Shown here: piece by piece, positions 44,500 to 56,939 of the stretch | Position numbering within the stretch: position 1 is the stretch's first letter | How the letters are laid out: each line of letters starts with the position of its first letter | Assembly (NCBI GenBank): GCA_964016885.1 | Contig: OZ024741.1 | Location: forward strand, 88,288,001 to 88,352,000 | Length of the DNA stretch: 64,000 bases | Origin: Eledone cirrhosa | Lineage: Eukaryota | Reading direction: 5' to 3' | Translations under genes and position numbers: made by a program | The notes under the pieces: generated by a model | Seen by the model: the letters and a program-made list of their open reading frames with translations, nothing else | Database searches by the model: none | Told to the model about the DNA's origin: nothing

Positions 44500-46310
44500 T
44501 CATCATCATCATCATCATCATCGTTTAACATCCATCTTCCACGCTTGCATGGGTTTGGACGGGAGTTTTCCCACTTGAGGCAAGAGTGGTTGTCTTGCTC
44601 GCATAGGACTGTCTGGCGGGTTTTCTACGGCTGGATGCCCTTCCTAACACCAACCACGTTTACAGTGTGGACTGGGAGGTTTTTACCGTGTTACCTACAC
44701 AGCCACATTACAGTGTGGACTGTGTGTTTTTTTGTCGTGACACCTACACGACCTCATTTGTTTCGGACTGGATGTTGTGGTACCAAAATAACTTTACATT
44801 GAAAGGTGTGGTGTGGATGGGGTGGGGGTAGTGGAACGGGGGTGTATTTTTGTTAGAGGTGCCTACTGATTGTAGTAGGTTTCACTTTGTACTTAGGTAA
44901 GGCGGGTCTTCTGTATTATTGTGTAGCGCCAAAGATCTCGGTCCAGTGACATTGTCTTGGAGAGGTGTAAGTGTGTGAGGTCGGAATTTATCAAGTCGTT
45001 CCAGGTTTTTCTGGGTGTGCGTACTCCCTGGCTACCGTCTATTTTTATTGCCTTGCACTATTTTATGCAGTTGTCGTCTTTCATGCGCATCACGTGACCA
45101 TACCAACGTAGTCTTTTCTCGAGTAAACAACATCTGATCCCTGTTATTTCTAATTTTTCCCTTAGTTCGTTTATGCTTTGCCATTCACGTATATTACTAT
45201 TACACATCCAGCGGAGCATGCAAGCTTCATTCCTCTCCAGTCTGCGTATATCCTCTGCACACAATGCCCAGGTCTCACTGCCATGTAACATTGCTGTTCG
45301 TATGCAGGCATCATACAGCCTGCCTTTCATTTTTAGAGAGAACCCTTTAGCGGCTAATAGTGGTATAAGCTCTCTGAACTTTTTCCCTCCAGTTCTGACT
45401 CTAGCTGCTGTACTTTCAGAGCACCCTCCACCACTGCTGATTTTGTCACCCAAGTAACGGAAGGTGTCCACTATTTCTATAGAACCATCTGTGCAATAGA
45501 ATGAACTAGTATTCTGTGGGCACTTGCTGCTACTTATTGCACCAGAGCACCGGCCACATATAAAATCTATATTTTTAATTAGCTTACCTGTGATCCCACT
45601 ACATCTTTTATGCACCCATACTTTGCATTTGGGACATAAAATGGAGTTTCTGCCTACTCCTTTCCTACACACTGAGCATGGCCATTTCCCAGATGGGACC
45701 GGTGCCCTATTTTCCTTCCTACAAACTAGAACTTTAGTCTTAGACAAGTTAACTTTAAGGCCTTTTGATTCTAGGCCATGCTTCCATGTTTGGAATTTCT
45801 TCTCTAGTTCAGCCATTGATTCAGCTATGAGCGTTAGATCATCTGCGTATAGGAGTTCCCATGGGCAGCCAGTCTTGAACTCCTCTGTTATAGCCTGAAG
45901 AGCAATAATAAATAGTAGGGGGCTAAGAACGGAGCCCTGATGAACACCAACTTTTACGCTAAACTCTTCACTATATTCGTTGTTAATTCTAACCTTGCTG
46001 ACTGTTTCTTTATACATGGCTTGTATAGCTCTCACAAGCCATTCATCAACGCCTAGTTTTCTAAGAGCCCACCAGATAATGGAGTGGGGGACTCTGTCAA
46101 AGGCTTTCTCCAAGTCAACAAAAGCTAAGTATAGGGGTTTACTTTTAGCTAGGTACTTCTCCTGTAGTTGTCGTACAATGAAAAGAGCGTCTGTGGTACT
46201 TTTACCTGACACAAACCCGAACTGCATTACTTCTTCTGTGACCTTCATGACCTGGTCGATTAATTTAATGCCGCTATAGTTACCCCTATCTACTTATACC
46301 CTATGTACTT
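44500..46310 (-). mobile_element. 5'-truncated RTE-clade LINE: reverse transcriptase with embedded PHD-type finger, 3' UTR and (GAT)n tail
   Basis: ORF 45058-46248 has QFGF, FVDLEKAFD, GVHQGSVLSP and YADD, plus CxxC..CxxC..HxxC..CxxC. Premature TAG at 45058 and an in-frame deletion after VMKVTE. Confidence 0.93.
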
Positions 46311-46336
46311 CGGATATATATAGATATATATATATA

Positions 46337-46401
<65 letters not shown>

Positions 46402-46849
46402 TAGAAAGAGAGAGATAAGATGTTACTAATTAAGACTAGTAAGATCATTATTTAATTTAGTACTCCATACTCCAGGAAAGTAGAGTGTAAAAATTAATGT
46501 AGATAGATATCCCCTACAGTTAACCATATGCAGTTTTGATGGCTTTCTTATAACAATCATGACAAAAGGAGCACTCTGTCCAACCTGTAAAGTGGGTGTA
46601 CTGATGTCACAACAAAAAGCACACAGTCCACCCTGTAAGGGAGTAGTGATGGTGTCATGAAGAAAACTCCCAGTACATGCTGTAATGTAGTTAGTGTTAG
46701 GAAAGACAGCCAGCCATAGAAAACCAAGCCAAAAGCAGATCTTATAAGCAACATGTGGTCACCTGACCAGTCTAGCCTCAGCATGCGACAACTTATCTCA
46801 CCTAAGCTAGCATGGAAAATAGGCATTAAACAGTGATGATGATGATATC

Positions 46850-47541
46850 ATCATCATCATCATTTTACGTCTGTTCTTCCATGCTAGCATGGGTTAGATG
46901 GGTTGTCCTGTTGTGGGCAGTGTCTGGTCGGCTGACTATGCCTTGCTCATACAGGAACTGATTTGGCCTGATTTCTACAGCTGGATGCCCTTCCTAACAC
47001 CAACCTCATTTACTGGGTGCTGGGTGCTTTTTTCCGTGGCGCCTACACATCCACTTTACAGTGCGAGCTGGGTGCTTTTTTGCCGTGGCACCTCCACGAC
47101 CACTTTGTAGTGGGAGGGTGTGGGGGCATATTGTCTATATGCTTCAGCTTGTACGCATTTGAGATCGGGTACTCTGTATTACTGCGTGATGCCAGAGGTC
47201 TCGATCGTGTGTCATCGCCTTTGAGAGGTGTAATTGGGTAAGGTCGGCTTTTATCACCTCATCCCAGGTCTTCTTGGGTCTCCCCACTCCGCGGTTTCCA
47301 TTGACTTCTAGTGATCTGCACCTTTTTATGCAGCTGTCATCCTTCATACGCATCACATGTCCATAGCAACCGCCTCTCCTGCACACAGCATTTGATTCCT
47401 CTTATGCTCAGTCTCTCTCTCAATTCATTTATGCTTTGCTGTTCGCGTATATTACTATTACACATCAATCAGAGCATGCAGGCTTCGTTTCTTTCTAATC
47501 TATGTAAGTCTTCCACCTTCAGCACCCAGGTCTCACTACCA

Positions 47542-47543
<2 letters not shown>
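46850..47543 (-). mobile_element. RTE LINE 3' fragment (second subfamily)
   Basis: YGHVMRMKDD..GRPKKTW; homologous to 59432-60140. Confidence 0.85.
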
Positions 47544-47590
<47 letters not shown>

Positions 47591-47627
47591 AGCCAGAACA
47601 AATATTGCAAAGCCAATTCCCCACCAA

Positions 47628-50090
47628 TATAGAATACTTATGAATATCTCATATATTCATATAGAACATTTATGAATATCTTATATATTTACATAGAATA
47701 TTTATGTGTGTCTTGTATATTCATATAGAACATTTATGAATATCTTATATATTTACATAGAATATTTATGTGTGTCTTGTATATTCATATAGAATATTTA
47801 TGTATATCTTGTATATTTACATAGAATATTTATGTGTGTCTTGTATATTCATATACAATATTTATGTATATCTTGTATATTTACATAGAATATTTATGTG
47901 TCTTGTATATTCATATAGAATATTTATGTATATCTTGTATATTTACATAGAATATTTATGTGTGTCTTGTATATTCATATAGAATATTTATGTATATCTT
48001 ATATATTTACATAGAATATTTATGTGTGTCTTGTATATTCATATAGAATATTTATGTATATCTTGTATATTTACATAGAATATTTATGTGTCTTGTATAT
48101 TCATATAGAATATTTATGTATATCTTGTATATTTACATAGAATATTTATGTGTGTCTTGTATATTCATATAGAATATTTATGTATATCTTATATATTTAC
48201 ATAGAATATTTATGTGTGTCTTGTATATTCATATAGAATATTTATGTATATCTTGTATATTTACATAGAATATTTATGTGTGTCTTGTATATTCATATAG
48301 AATATTTATGTATATCTTGTATATTTACATAGAATATTTATGTGTCTTGTATATTCATATAGAATATTTATGTATATCTTGTATATTTACATAGAATATT
48401 TATGTGTGTCTTGTATATTCATATAGAATATTTATGTATATCTTATATATTTACATAGAATATTTATGTGTGTCTTGTATATTCATATAGAATATTTATG
48501 TATATCTTGTATATTTACATAGAATATTTATGTGTCTTGTATATTCATATAGAATATTTATGTATATCTTGTATATTTACATAGAATATTTATGTGTGTC
48601 TTGTATATTCATATAGAATATTTATGTATATCTTGTATATTTACATAGAATATTTATGTGTCTTGTATATTCATATAGAATATTTATGTATATCTTGTAT
48701 ATTTACATAGAATATTTATGTGTGTCTTGTATATTCATATAGAATATTTATGTATATCTTATATATTTACATAGAATATTTATGTGTGTCTTGTATATTC
48801 ATATAGAATATTTATGTATATCTTGTATATTTACATAGAATATTTATGTGTCTTGTATATTCATATAGAATATTTATGTATATCTTGTATATTTACATAG
48901 AATATTTATGTGTGTCTTGTATATTCATATAGAATATTTATGTATATCTTATATATTTACATAGAATATTTATGTGTGTCTTGTATATTCATATAGAATA
49001 TTTATGTATATCTTGTATATTTACATAGAATATTTATGTGTGTCTTGTATATTCATATAGAATATTTATGTATATCTTGTATATTTACATAGAATATTTA
49101 TGTGTCTTGTATATTCATATAGAATATTTATGTATATCTTGTATATTTACATAGAATATTTATGTGTGTCTTGTATATTCATATAGAATATTTATGTATA
49201 TCTTATATATTTACATAGAATATTTATGTGTGTCTTGTATATTCATATAGAATATTTATGTATATCTTGTATATTTACATAGAATATTTATGTGTCTTGT
49301 ATATTCATATAGAATATTTATGTATATCTTGTATATTTACATAGAATATTTATGTGTGTCTTGTATATTCATATAGAATATTTATGTATATCTTATATAT
49401 TTACATAGAATATTTATGTGTGTCTTGTATATTCATATAGAATATTTATGTATATCTTGTATATTTACATAGAATATTTATGTGTCTTGTATATTCATAT
49501 AGAATATTTATGTATATCTTGTATATTTACATAGAATATTTATGTGTGTCTTGTATATTCATATAGAATATTTATGTATATCTTGTATATTTACATAGAA
49601 TATTTATGTGTCTTGTATATTCATATAGAATATTTATGTATATCTTGTATATTTACATAGAATATTTATGTGTGTCTTGTATATTCATATAGAATATTTA
49701 TGTATATCTTATATATTTACATAGAATATTTATGTGTGTCTTGTATATTCATATAGAATATTTATGTATATCTTGTATATTTACATAGAATATTTATGTG
49801 TGTCTTGTATATTCATATAGAATATTTATGTATATCTTATATATTTACATAGAATATTTATGTGTGTCTTGTATATTCATATAGAATATTTATGTATATC
49901 TTGTATATTTACATAGAATATTTATGTGTGTCTTGTATATTCATATAGAATATTTATGTATATCTTATATATTTACATAGAATATTTATGTGTGTCTTGT
50001 ATATTCATATAGAATATTTATGTATATCTTGTATATTTACATAGAATATTTATGTGTGTCTTAAATATTTATATAGAATACTTATAGATG
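47628..50090. repeat. AT-rich satellite of alternating 32-bp units (64-bp dimer) with periodic 30-bp variants
   Basis: Units atagaatatttatgtgtgtcttgtatattcat and atagaatatttatgtatatcttgtatatttac. Confidence 0.98.
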
Positions 50091-50444
50091 TCTTTTATAT
50101 TCATATAAAGTATTAGGAAAATCACCCAACTGTAGAAACCCTGCCAATATATGGAATGTACAAGCAAGATATGGTTCCTGATCAGTATAGTCTTGGACTA
50201 TGACAACCCATTCAGCCCTTGCCAGTATGGAAAATGGATATATGATCATGGTGATGACAATGGCAATGATGGTCCTAGTACTGGTGCTGCTGCTAATGAT
50301 GATGATGATGATGATGATGAATAGAATAGTGATGATGATGATGATGATGACGAAAAGGATAATGATGATGATGATGATGATTTTGTATGTCTTCTGTATT
50401 TCTGAATACATTTTCAATTGAAAAAGTAGGTAATATTTTATATG

Positions 50445-50710
50445 TTGGTACCACAACATCCAGCCCAAAACAAATAAGGTTGTGTAGGTGTCACGACAAA
50501 AAAAACACACAGTCCACGCTGTAATGTGGCCGTGTAGGTAACACGGTAAAAACCTCCCAGTTCCACACTGTAAATGTGGTTGGTGTTAGGAAGGGCATCC
50601 AGCCGTAGAAAACCCGCCAGACAGTCCTATGCGAGCAAGACAACCACTCTTGCCTCAAGTGGGAAAACTCCCGTCCAAACCCATGCAAGCGTGGAATATG
50701 GACGTTAAAC

Positions 50711-50750
<40 letters not shown>
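50445..50750 (+). mobile_element. RTE LINE 3' UTR fragment with long (GAT)n tail
   Basis: Same family as 44500-44800. Confidence 0.8.
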
Positions 50751-50752
<2 letters not shown>

Positions 50753-52245
50753 GCTGTTATTTAACACTATTTTTAAAAAACTGGCTGAATGTTTGAGAAG
50801 TAATATAAAAAGCAATAAATTATCTAAACAATAGAAGAAGGAAAACACAAAATGTTTCTCACTAGAATAGTAAAGAGAATAAAAAAAAGCTACATGACAC
50901 AAACTAGTTTTAAAATGCAAAATCAGTTTGTGAAATTGGTTTCAAAGACAAAAAGAGACGGAAAACAAAATAAAGAAAAAAAGCAAAAATTTGTTTGTTA
51001 AGGATGCATTTCACTGAGTTATTCTGTCTTTTGTTTTGCAGATAGACACTTTTAATTCAATTTGTGCTCAACAGGGAGACCTGATTTTCCAGTTCTTCTC
51101 ACAATGTGGGAAGAAACTATTTTGATAATTATATATATATATTTAAAATATACTTAGACAAAGATAACTAAAGTTTCAGCCCATTTGCACTCATTAACCT
51201 TTTCAACTTGTTCATACAACAAACAACTTTACATTATGGTACACCACTGGGGATATAATTGTGGGGACTTCTGGTTATAAAATATTGCTTGGCCATCATA
51301 CTATCTTCTATAATAATTTTTTTTCAGATCCAGCCATAATGGCGGTGTTTTATAACAAGATATGAACCATTAAGCCCGTTGTTTGATGTTGGATCTCTGT
51401 TATTTTGTTTCCAACAATGAGGGCTCCAGTTGGTTCAATTGATAGAACTGCAAGATGCGAAATTAACATGTAAGTGGCCGGGCATTCTACAGACACATGC
51501 ATCTTTAACATAGCTCTCAGGGAGATTCAGTATGACACAATGTGTAACAAGGCTGGCCACTAGAATTACTGCCACAGCACATTTTTGCCAGTTGAGTAGA
51601 CTGGAGCAACATGAAATAAAGCACCTTGCTCAAGAACACAATGCACTGTCCAGTCTATGAATCAAACTAATGACCTTGCAATTGTGAGTCCAGCACCCTA
51701 ACTTCTAAACAACATGCCTTCATTATTTGGAACCCTACTGATTTAGCCATCCTCTTACTGTGTTGTGGGTGTTGCTGATGGATTAGTTTAACTTTTAGCT
51801 CTGAAGCAGGAGAGAGAAGCTATTTATGTATATACATAACACCTGATGTTTGCAAAAGAAGAGGCATGGAAAGTTGTGTCACTCATACCTTTTCAAATAG
51901 CATCAGTGTTAGTAAATGAAATAATCCCAGCTCACACACACACACACACAAACACAATCACACAGAAACAAACATAAAACAGGTTGTTTTCGACAGCTTC
52001 AACTGCTGCCAGAGTGGATTATAGATAAACCCAATAAATGTATGAATGATAATGATAAAACATCTGGCATCTACTGCTGACTTAGACATAACACACTTTA
52101 AACAGAATAACACACACATGCACAAAAAATAGCATGCAAATGCACACATATCCACACACATTGGTTTTCCAAAAATTTGGTTGTGGTAATTCTGGAGCAC
52201 TACTATAAATACATGTGTGTGTGTGCATATATATATATATATACA

Positions 52246-53370
52246 TTGGCCGCTAAAGGGTTCTCTCTAAAAATGAAAGGCAGGCTGTATGATGCCTGCC
52301 TACGAACAGCAATGTTGCATGGCAGTGAGACCTGGGCATTGTGTGCAGAGGATATACGCAGACTGGAGAGGAACGAAGCTTGCATGCTCCGCTGGATGTG
52401 TAATAGTAATATACATGAACGGCAAAGCATAAACGAACTAAGGAAAAAATTAGAAATAAGAGGGATCAGATGCTGTTTACTCGAGAGAAGACTACATTGG
52501 TACAGTCACGTGATGCGCATGAAAGACGACAGCTGTATAAAAAAGTGCAGGGCGATAAAAATAGACGGTAGCCACGGAGTAGGCAGACCCAGAAAAACCT
52601 GGGACGACTTGCTAAATTCCGACCTCACACACTTACACCTCACCAAGACAATGTCACTGGACCGAGATCTTTGGCGCTACAGTTATACAGAAGACCCGCC
52701 TTGCCTAAGTACAAAGCGAAACCTACAGTCAGTAGGCACCTCTAACAAAATACACCCCCGTCCCACTACCCCCACCCCATCCACACCACCCCCTTAAATG
52801 TGAAGTTATGTTGGTACTACAACATCCAGTCCGAAACAAATGAGGTCGTGTAGGTGTCACAACAAAAAAAAACACACAGACCACGCTGTAATGTGGCCGT
52901 GTAGGTAACACGGTAAAAACCTCCCAGTACACACTGTAAACGTGGTTGGTGTTGGGAAGGGCACCCAGCCGTAGAAAATCCGCCAGACGTGTAGGTGTCA
53001 CGACAAAAAACACACAGTCCACGCTGTAATGTGGCCGTGTAGGTAACACGGTAAAAACCTCCCAGTACACACTGTAAACGTGGTTGGTGTTGGGAAGGGC
53101 ACCCAGCCGTAGAAAACCCGCCAGACGTGTAGGTGTCATGACAAAAAACACACAGTCCACGCTGTAATGTGGCCGTGTAGGTAACACGGTAAAAACCTCC
53201 CAGTCAACACTGTAAACGTGGTTGGTGTTAGGAAGGGCATCCAGCCGTAGAAAACCCGCCAGACAGTCCTATACGAGCAGGACAACCACTCTTGCCTCAA
53301 GTGGGAAAACTCCCGTCCAAACCCATGCAAGCGTGGAAGATGGACGTTAAACGATGTATGATGATGATGA
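52246..53370 (+). mobile_element. RTE LINE 3' fragment with an internal triplication of about 140 bp in the 3' UTR
   Basis: LAAKGFSLKMKGRLYDAC..LHGSETW..GRPRKTW, closely similar to 44500-45360 in reverse. Starts in (TA)n. Confidence 0.9.
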
Positions 53371-53470
53371 TATATAAGTACAATTGGTTTTACAATCAGA
53401 AGAAATATACGTAGACATGCATATGCACAAAAACACATATATACCCAGAAACACACACACATATACCCAG

Positions 53471-53503
<33 letters not shown>

Positions 53504-53515
53504 TACATATATATA

Positions 53516-54300
53516 GAAGTAGTAACACAACAGTTAGTTCACCATACCGAGAATAATTTGTTTACCTTATGCGGATCTTCAGCTCGGACTGGTCATGGTT
53601 ATACGGAACAGGAAGAACAACCGCATGAACGCGAATGCGCAGAAACGGTCACTTCACCCAAGCAATACAAAGCCACGGGCGAAAGGTGTAAGGGAGATAA
53701 CTGCGAAAGTCTGGAAAAGATGTTCGAGTTGATTAGAAAATTAGAATGTTATTCAATCCGGAGCTTTGTTGTTATGCAAGAGGTGTTTCCAGACATGTGG
53801 ACAACGTGAGAAGCTTTCATTTCTTGAATTTAGGTAATCGCTATTGCGTAATCTCCTTAGAATATTTATCCTTTCTTCAATGCACAGTCCACAAGACGGA
53901 TTGCCCCTTGCGTATGGTTTGGACTTAGTGATGGCTTTCCATTGAATGGAGTAGTCTATACCCGAGTCCTTGAGGGACCATACATGGATTGAATAACAAC
54001 AATATTCTAATTTTCTAATCAACTCGAACATCTTTTCCGGACTTTCGCAGTTATCTCCCTTACACCTTTCGCCCGTGGCTTTGTATCGCTTGGGTGAAGT
54101 GACCGTTTCTGCACATGCACGTTCATACAGTTGTTCTTCCTGTTCCGTATAACCATGACCAGTCTGAGCTGAAGATCCGCATAAGGTGAAACAATTGTTC
54201 TCGGTATGGTGAACTAACTGTTGTGTTACTACTTCTCCCAAACTCGTCCCTTGGACTGAGTGCTCTACCACTACGGATATTACCTTCCAGTGTTCTACCT
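53516..54300 (-). mobile_element. Penelope-like element remnant: GIY-YIG C-terminus between inverted pLTRs
   Basis: 53753-53990 encodes HVWSLKD..YSIQW..CGLCIEE..IL..LNSRNE..CPH..KHLL. Arms 53516-53759 and 53986-54236 are inverted copies. Inserted in TA/CA repeats. Confidence 0.82.
54164..54204 (+). ncRNA. Minimal type I hammerhead motif in the Penelope-like pLTR
   Basis: ctGAG-CTGAAGA-tCC-gcataa-GGt-GAAA-CAATTG-TT-CTCgg with palindromic stem III. A degenerate copy lies on the minus strand at about 53547-53587. Confidence 0.6.
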
Positions 54301-54334
54301 CTCACTCTCTCTCTCTCTATATATATATATAAAT

Positions 54335-55009
54335 TTGAGTATGTGTTGGTAAGTTACCGACACTTCAGTATGCAGGGTAGAGCACTCAACGAAGTGCGCA
54401 GGTGGGTCTGTTTACTCCGGAGTAATTTAAAAACAAGAAGTGTAAGTCAATAGATTTTAATTAACTTTGTTTATTCATATTCGCTGTTATATATATTTTG
54501 GTGATAACTATTATTCAACAGCTATGACCTCATCAGACAGAACTTGAACAGAAAAAACAGAAAAACATAACGATGGAACAAAGTTTACCTCAGTTATTTC
54601 GATCTATTAATATGCCCCATGCCAAAGTATGGTGTTGTTTTCTCAAAACTGACCTGTTTCCAGAACAACTGACCTAAAAAATTCAATAGACTTGGTATTG
54701 GAGTGGTAAGACTGAATCTGACCAATGAGAGGAAGGTAAATCCTATTGATGCTTGAATTCCTTCCTTCTAAATCATATGCCACCAGTTCTTTGAGAAAAC
54801 AACACCATACTTTGGAATGGGGCATATCAATAAATCTAAATAACAAAGGTAAACTTTGTTCCATCGTTATGTTTTTCTGTTTTTTTCTGTTCAAGTTCTA
54901 GCTATCTGATGAGGTCATAACTGTTGAATAATGCTTATCACAAATATGTATAACAGTGAATATGAATAAATGAAGTTAATTTTAACCTGTTGACTTACAC
55001 TTCTTGTTT
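54335..55009. mobile_element. Second foldback element with inverted arms of about 215 bp, probable Penelope-like pLTR pair
   Basis: Arms 54431-54646 and 54791-55009 around a spacer of about 145 bp. CTGATGAG at 54906; (TA)n on both sides. Confidence 0.65.
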
Positions 55010-55991
55010 ATATATATATATATATATATATTGAATATCTCTTTGCTTATATATATATTGAAGAAGGATGAAAGTAACTGGGTGAGAGGAGTGATGGAAA
55101 TGAATGTGGAAGGAAGTTGAGGAAAGGAAAGACCAAAAAAGACATGGCTAAAGATGACAAAGGAGGTTTGGTGGGGGTTCAGATGGAGAAGCTTGTCATG
55201 AAGCCTGCAATGCTAAACCCTGCTTTAACAGGGGAATGGCCTTAAAATACTTGTTGCTGTTTGTCTGGGTAAACACTGCTTACCAGAACTAAACACACGA
55301 ACACACACACTTAAACATTTTTTCTGAATGTAATTTGAACAAATGGATGAAAAAAAATTATTTTATTCAACAAATTTTAATTCAATTATGTTTGCAATAA
55401 AAAAAAAGGAAAGAAAGAAAAAACTAAATAGTGAAGGGGGAAGGAGTGATAGACTCTACACCCCAGTCAAGGCAGTATATCTCAGCCATGCCCCACCAAC
55501 AAAATGATTAGCTACATCTGTTGCATTAGCTACTCGCTCACATGAAGGTCCTATTACAGGAAGAATGCACTCCTCACAAATTTGCATAAATGAATCATGC
55601 ATCAGTTGCAATGAATTAATGTTTTAAATGTTCAATCAATAGAACTACTCATTGAGATATACCACCTAGACTGGTGTAGGTTTAACAATAGCACTAACAC
55701 AATGTGAGTCAGAATATAGATAATATGTTTTTTTTATAATAAACATGCCTTGCTGTGACTATTTTAAGCCTCAATCATATCACAGCTATCTAAGAGCATT
55801 ATGTATTTCAGGATTTTTATCCATCATCAGCAACACTTACTTTGAAATACTGAGGTTTAAAAGACTTGGATATTCTACAGACACTGGTATGTTTAACAAC
55901 ATTCTGGTACACTCAGTATGACAAGCTGGGCCCTTCAAATTAGAGGTACTGACTATATGAATTTAATACATAAGAAACATAAACTACTCAC

Positions 55992-56090
55992 CAATCTCCT
56001 GGCCTGGGGATCTGCTCCTTGTCGCAGTAACTCCCGTACACATTCTAAATGGTTATTTGCTGATGCTAATATTAATGGTGTTGTACCTTC
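55992..56090 (-). CDS. ANKRD29: ANKRD29-like ankyrin repeat protein, first coding exon visible in the window (EGTTPLILASANNHLECVRELLRQGADPQARRL)
   Basis: 99-bp phase-0 exon with acceptor tctcttacAG (56091-56092) and donor GTGAGT (55991-55986). It encodes one ankyrin repeat resembling my recollection of human ANKRD29 repeat 2 (GTTLLMVAAYAGHIDCVRELVLQGAD). Upstream start exon(s) not located. Confidence 0.88.
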
Positions 56091-56132
56091 CTGTAAGAGA
56101 AGAAATAGAAAATAAGGACATAGTGAATTTAA

Positions 56133-56544
56133 TCCTTTTGTTACCAAATTTCTAATTTTGAAAATAATCAAGCATTTAATAATATAACTAACTTTCTCAT
56201 TATTAACCCTTTAGCATTTACATTACTCTATATTTACTATTGTATTTTCACAAAAAAGGCTTTATCTCACATAATATCAAATCTACGTGATTTTGATATT
56301 ATTTATTTTGGGAACAATACCTTAACATCAGTATGAGCGGCACGTTATCACCGGTTTGAGCAGAAAGAGGTGAGAGGACTCTGACCGGATATGGCCAGTT
56401 TAAATGTTAAAGGGTTAAGCTGTTGTTTGGAACAAATTTTCTTAGATACAATTATGATAAAAGGATTTTAGATAAACATAAACACTTTAGAATAGTTATG
56501 TGTCATAAAACTATGGGTGGTTCTATGGGTTTGTATCAAAAGGG
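56133..56544. mobile_element. piggyBac MITE A with nested MITE B (56207-56414)
   Basis: Inner element TTAA|CCC...GGG|TTAA interrupts the outer element at an internal TTAA. Confidence 0.8.
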
Positions 56545-56939
56545 TTAAGTAAAACAAATTATCACCACCACTATTGTTATTTTCATCTTGATAAATCATC
56601 ATCATTATTGTTTTTATTTGAATAAATCATCATCATTACCCTCACCAACATTATTATTTTTAGCTTGACAAATAATCACCATCACCACCACCACCACTAT
56701 TATTTTAGTTACAATAAATCATCATCATCAGCAGCAGCAACAACAACAACACCCCCACCACCACTATTATTTTCATCATGATAAATCATCATCATCACCA
56801 TCAACAACACTATTATTTTCACCCTGACAAATCATTACCATCATGACTGCCACTATTGTTTTGACAAATCATTGTCCTGTCTCCAAAAAGCCTTATAAGG
56901 GGTTGGTACTTACCACTAGTTTCAAAAAGACTATATTAA

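Noticed and set aside
50082-50920. Poly-Ile and poly-Met ORFs
   Set aside because: Translations of (GAT)n/(ATC)n microsatellites and retroelement tails.
53991-54271. N-terminal half of the 172-aa ORF and its mirror ORF at 53384-53809
   Set aside because: Antisense read-through of the inverted pLTR; only 53753-53990 resembles real protein.
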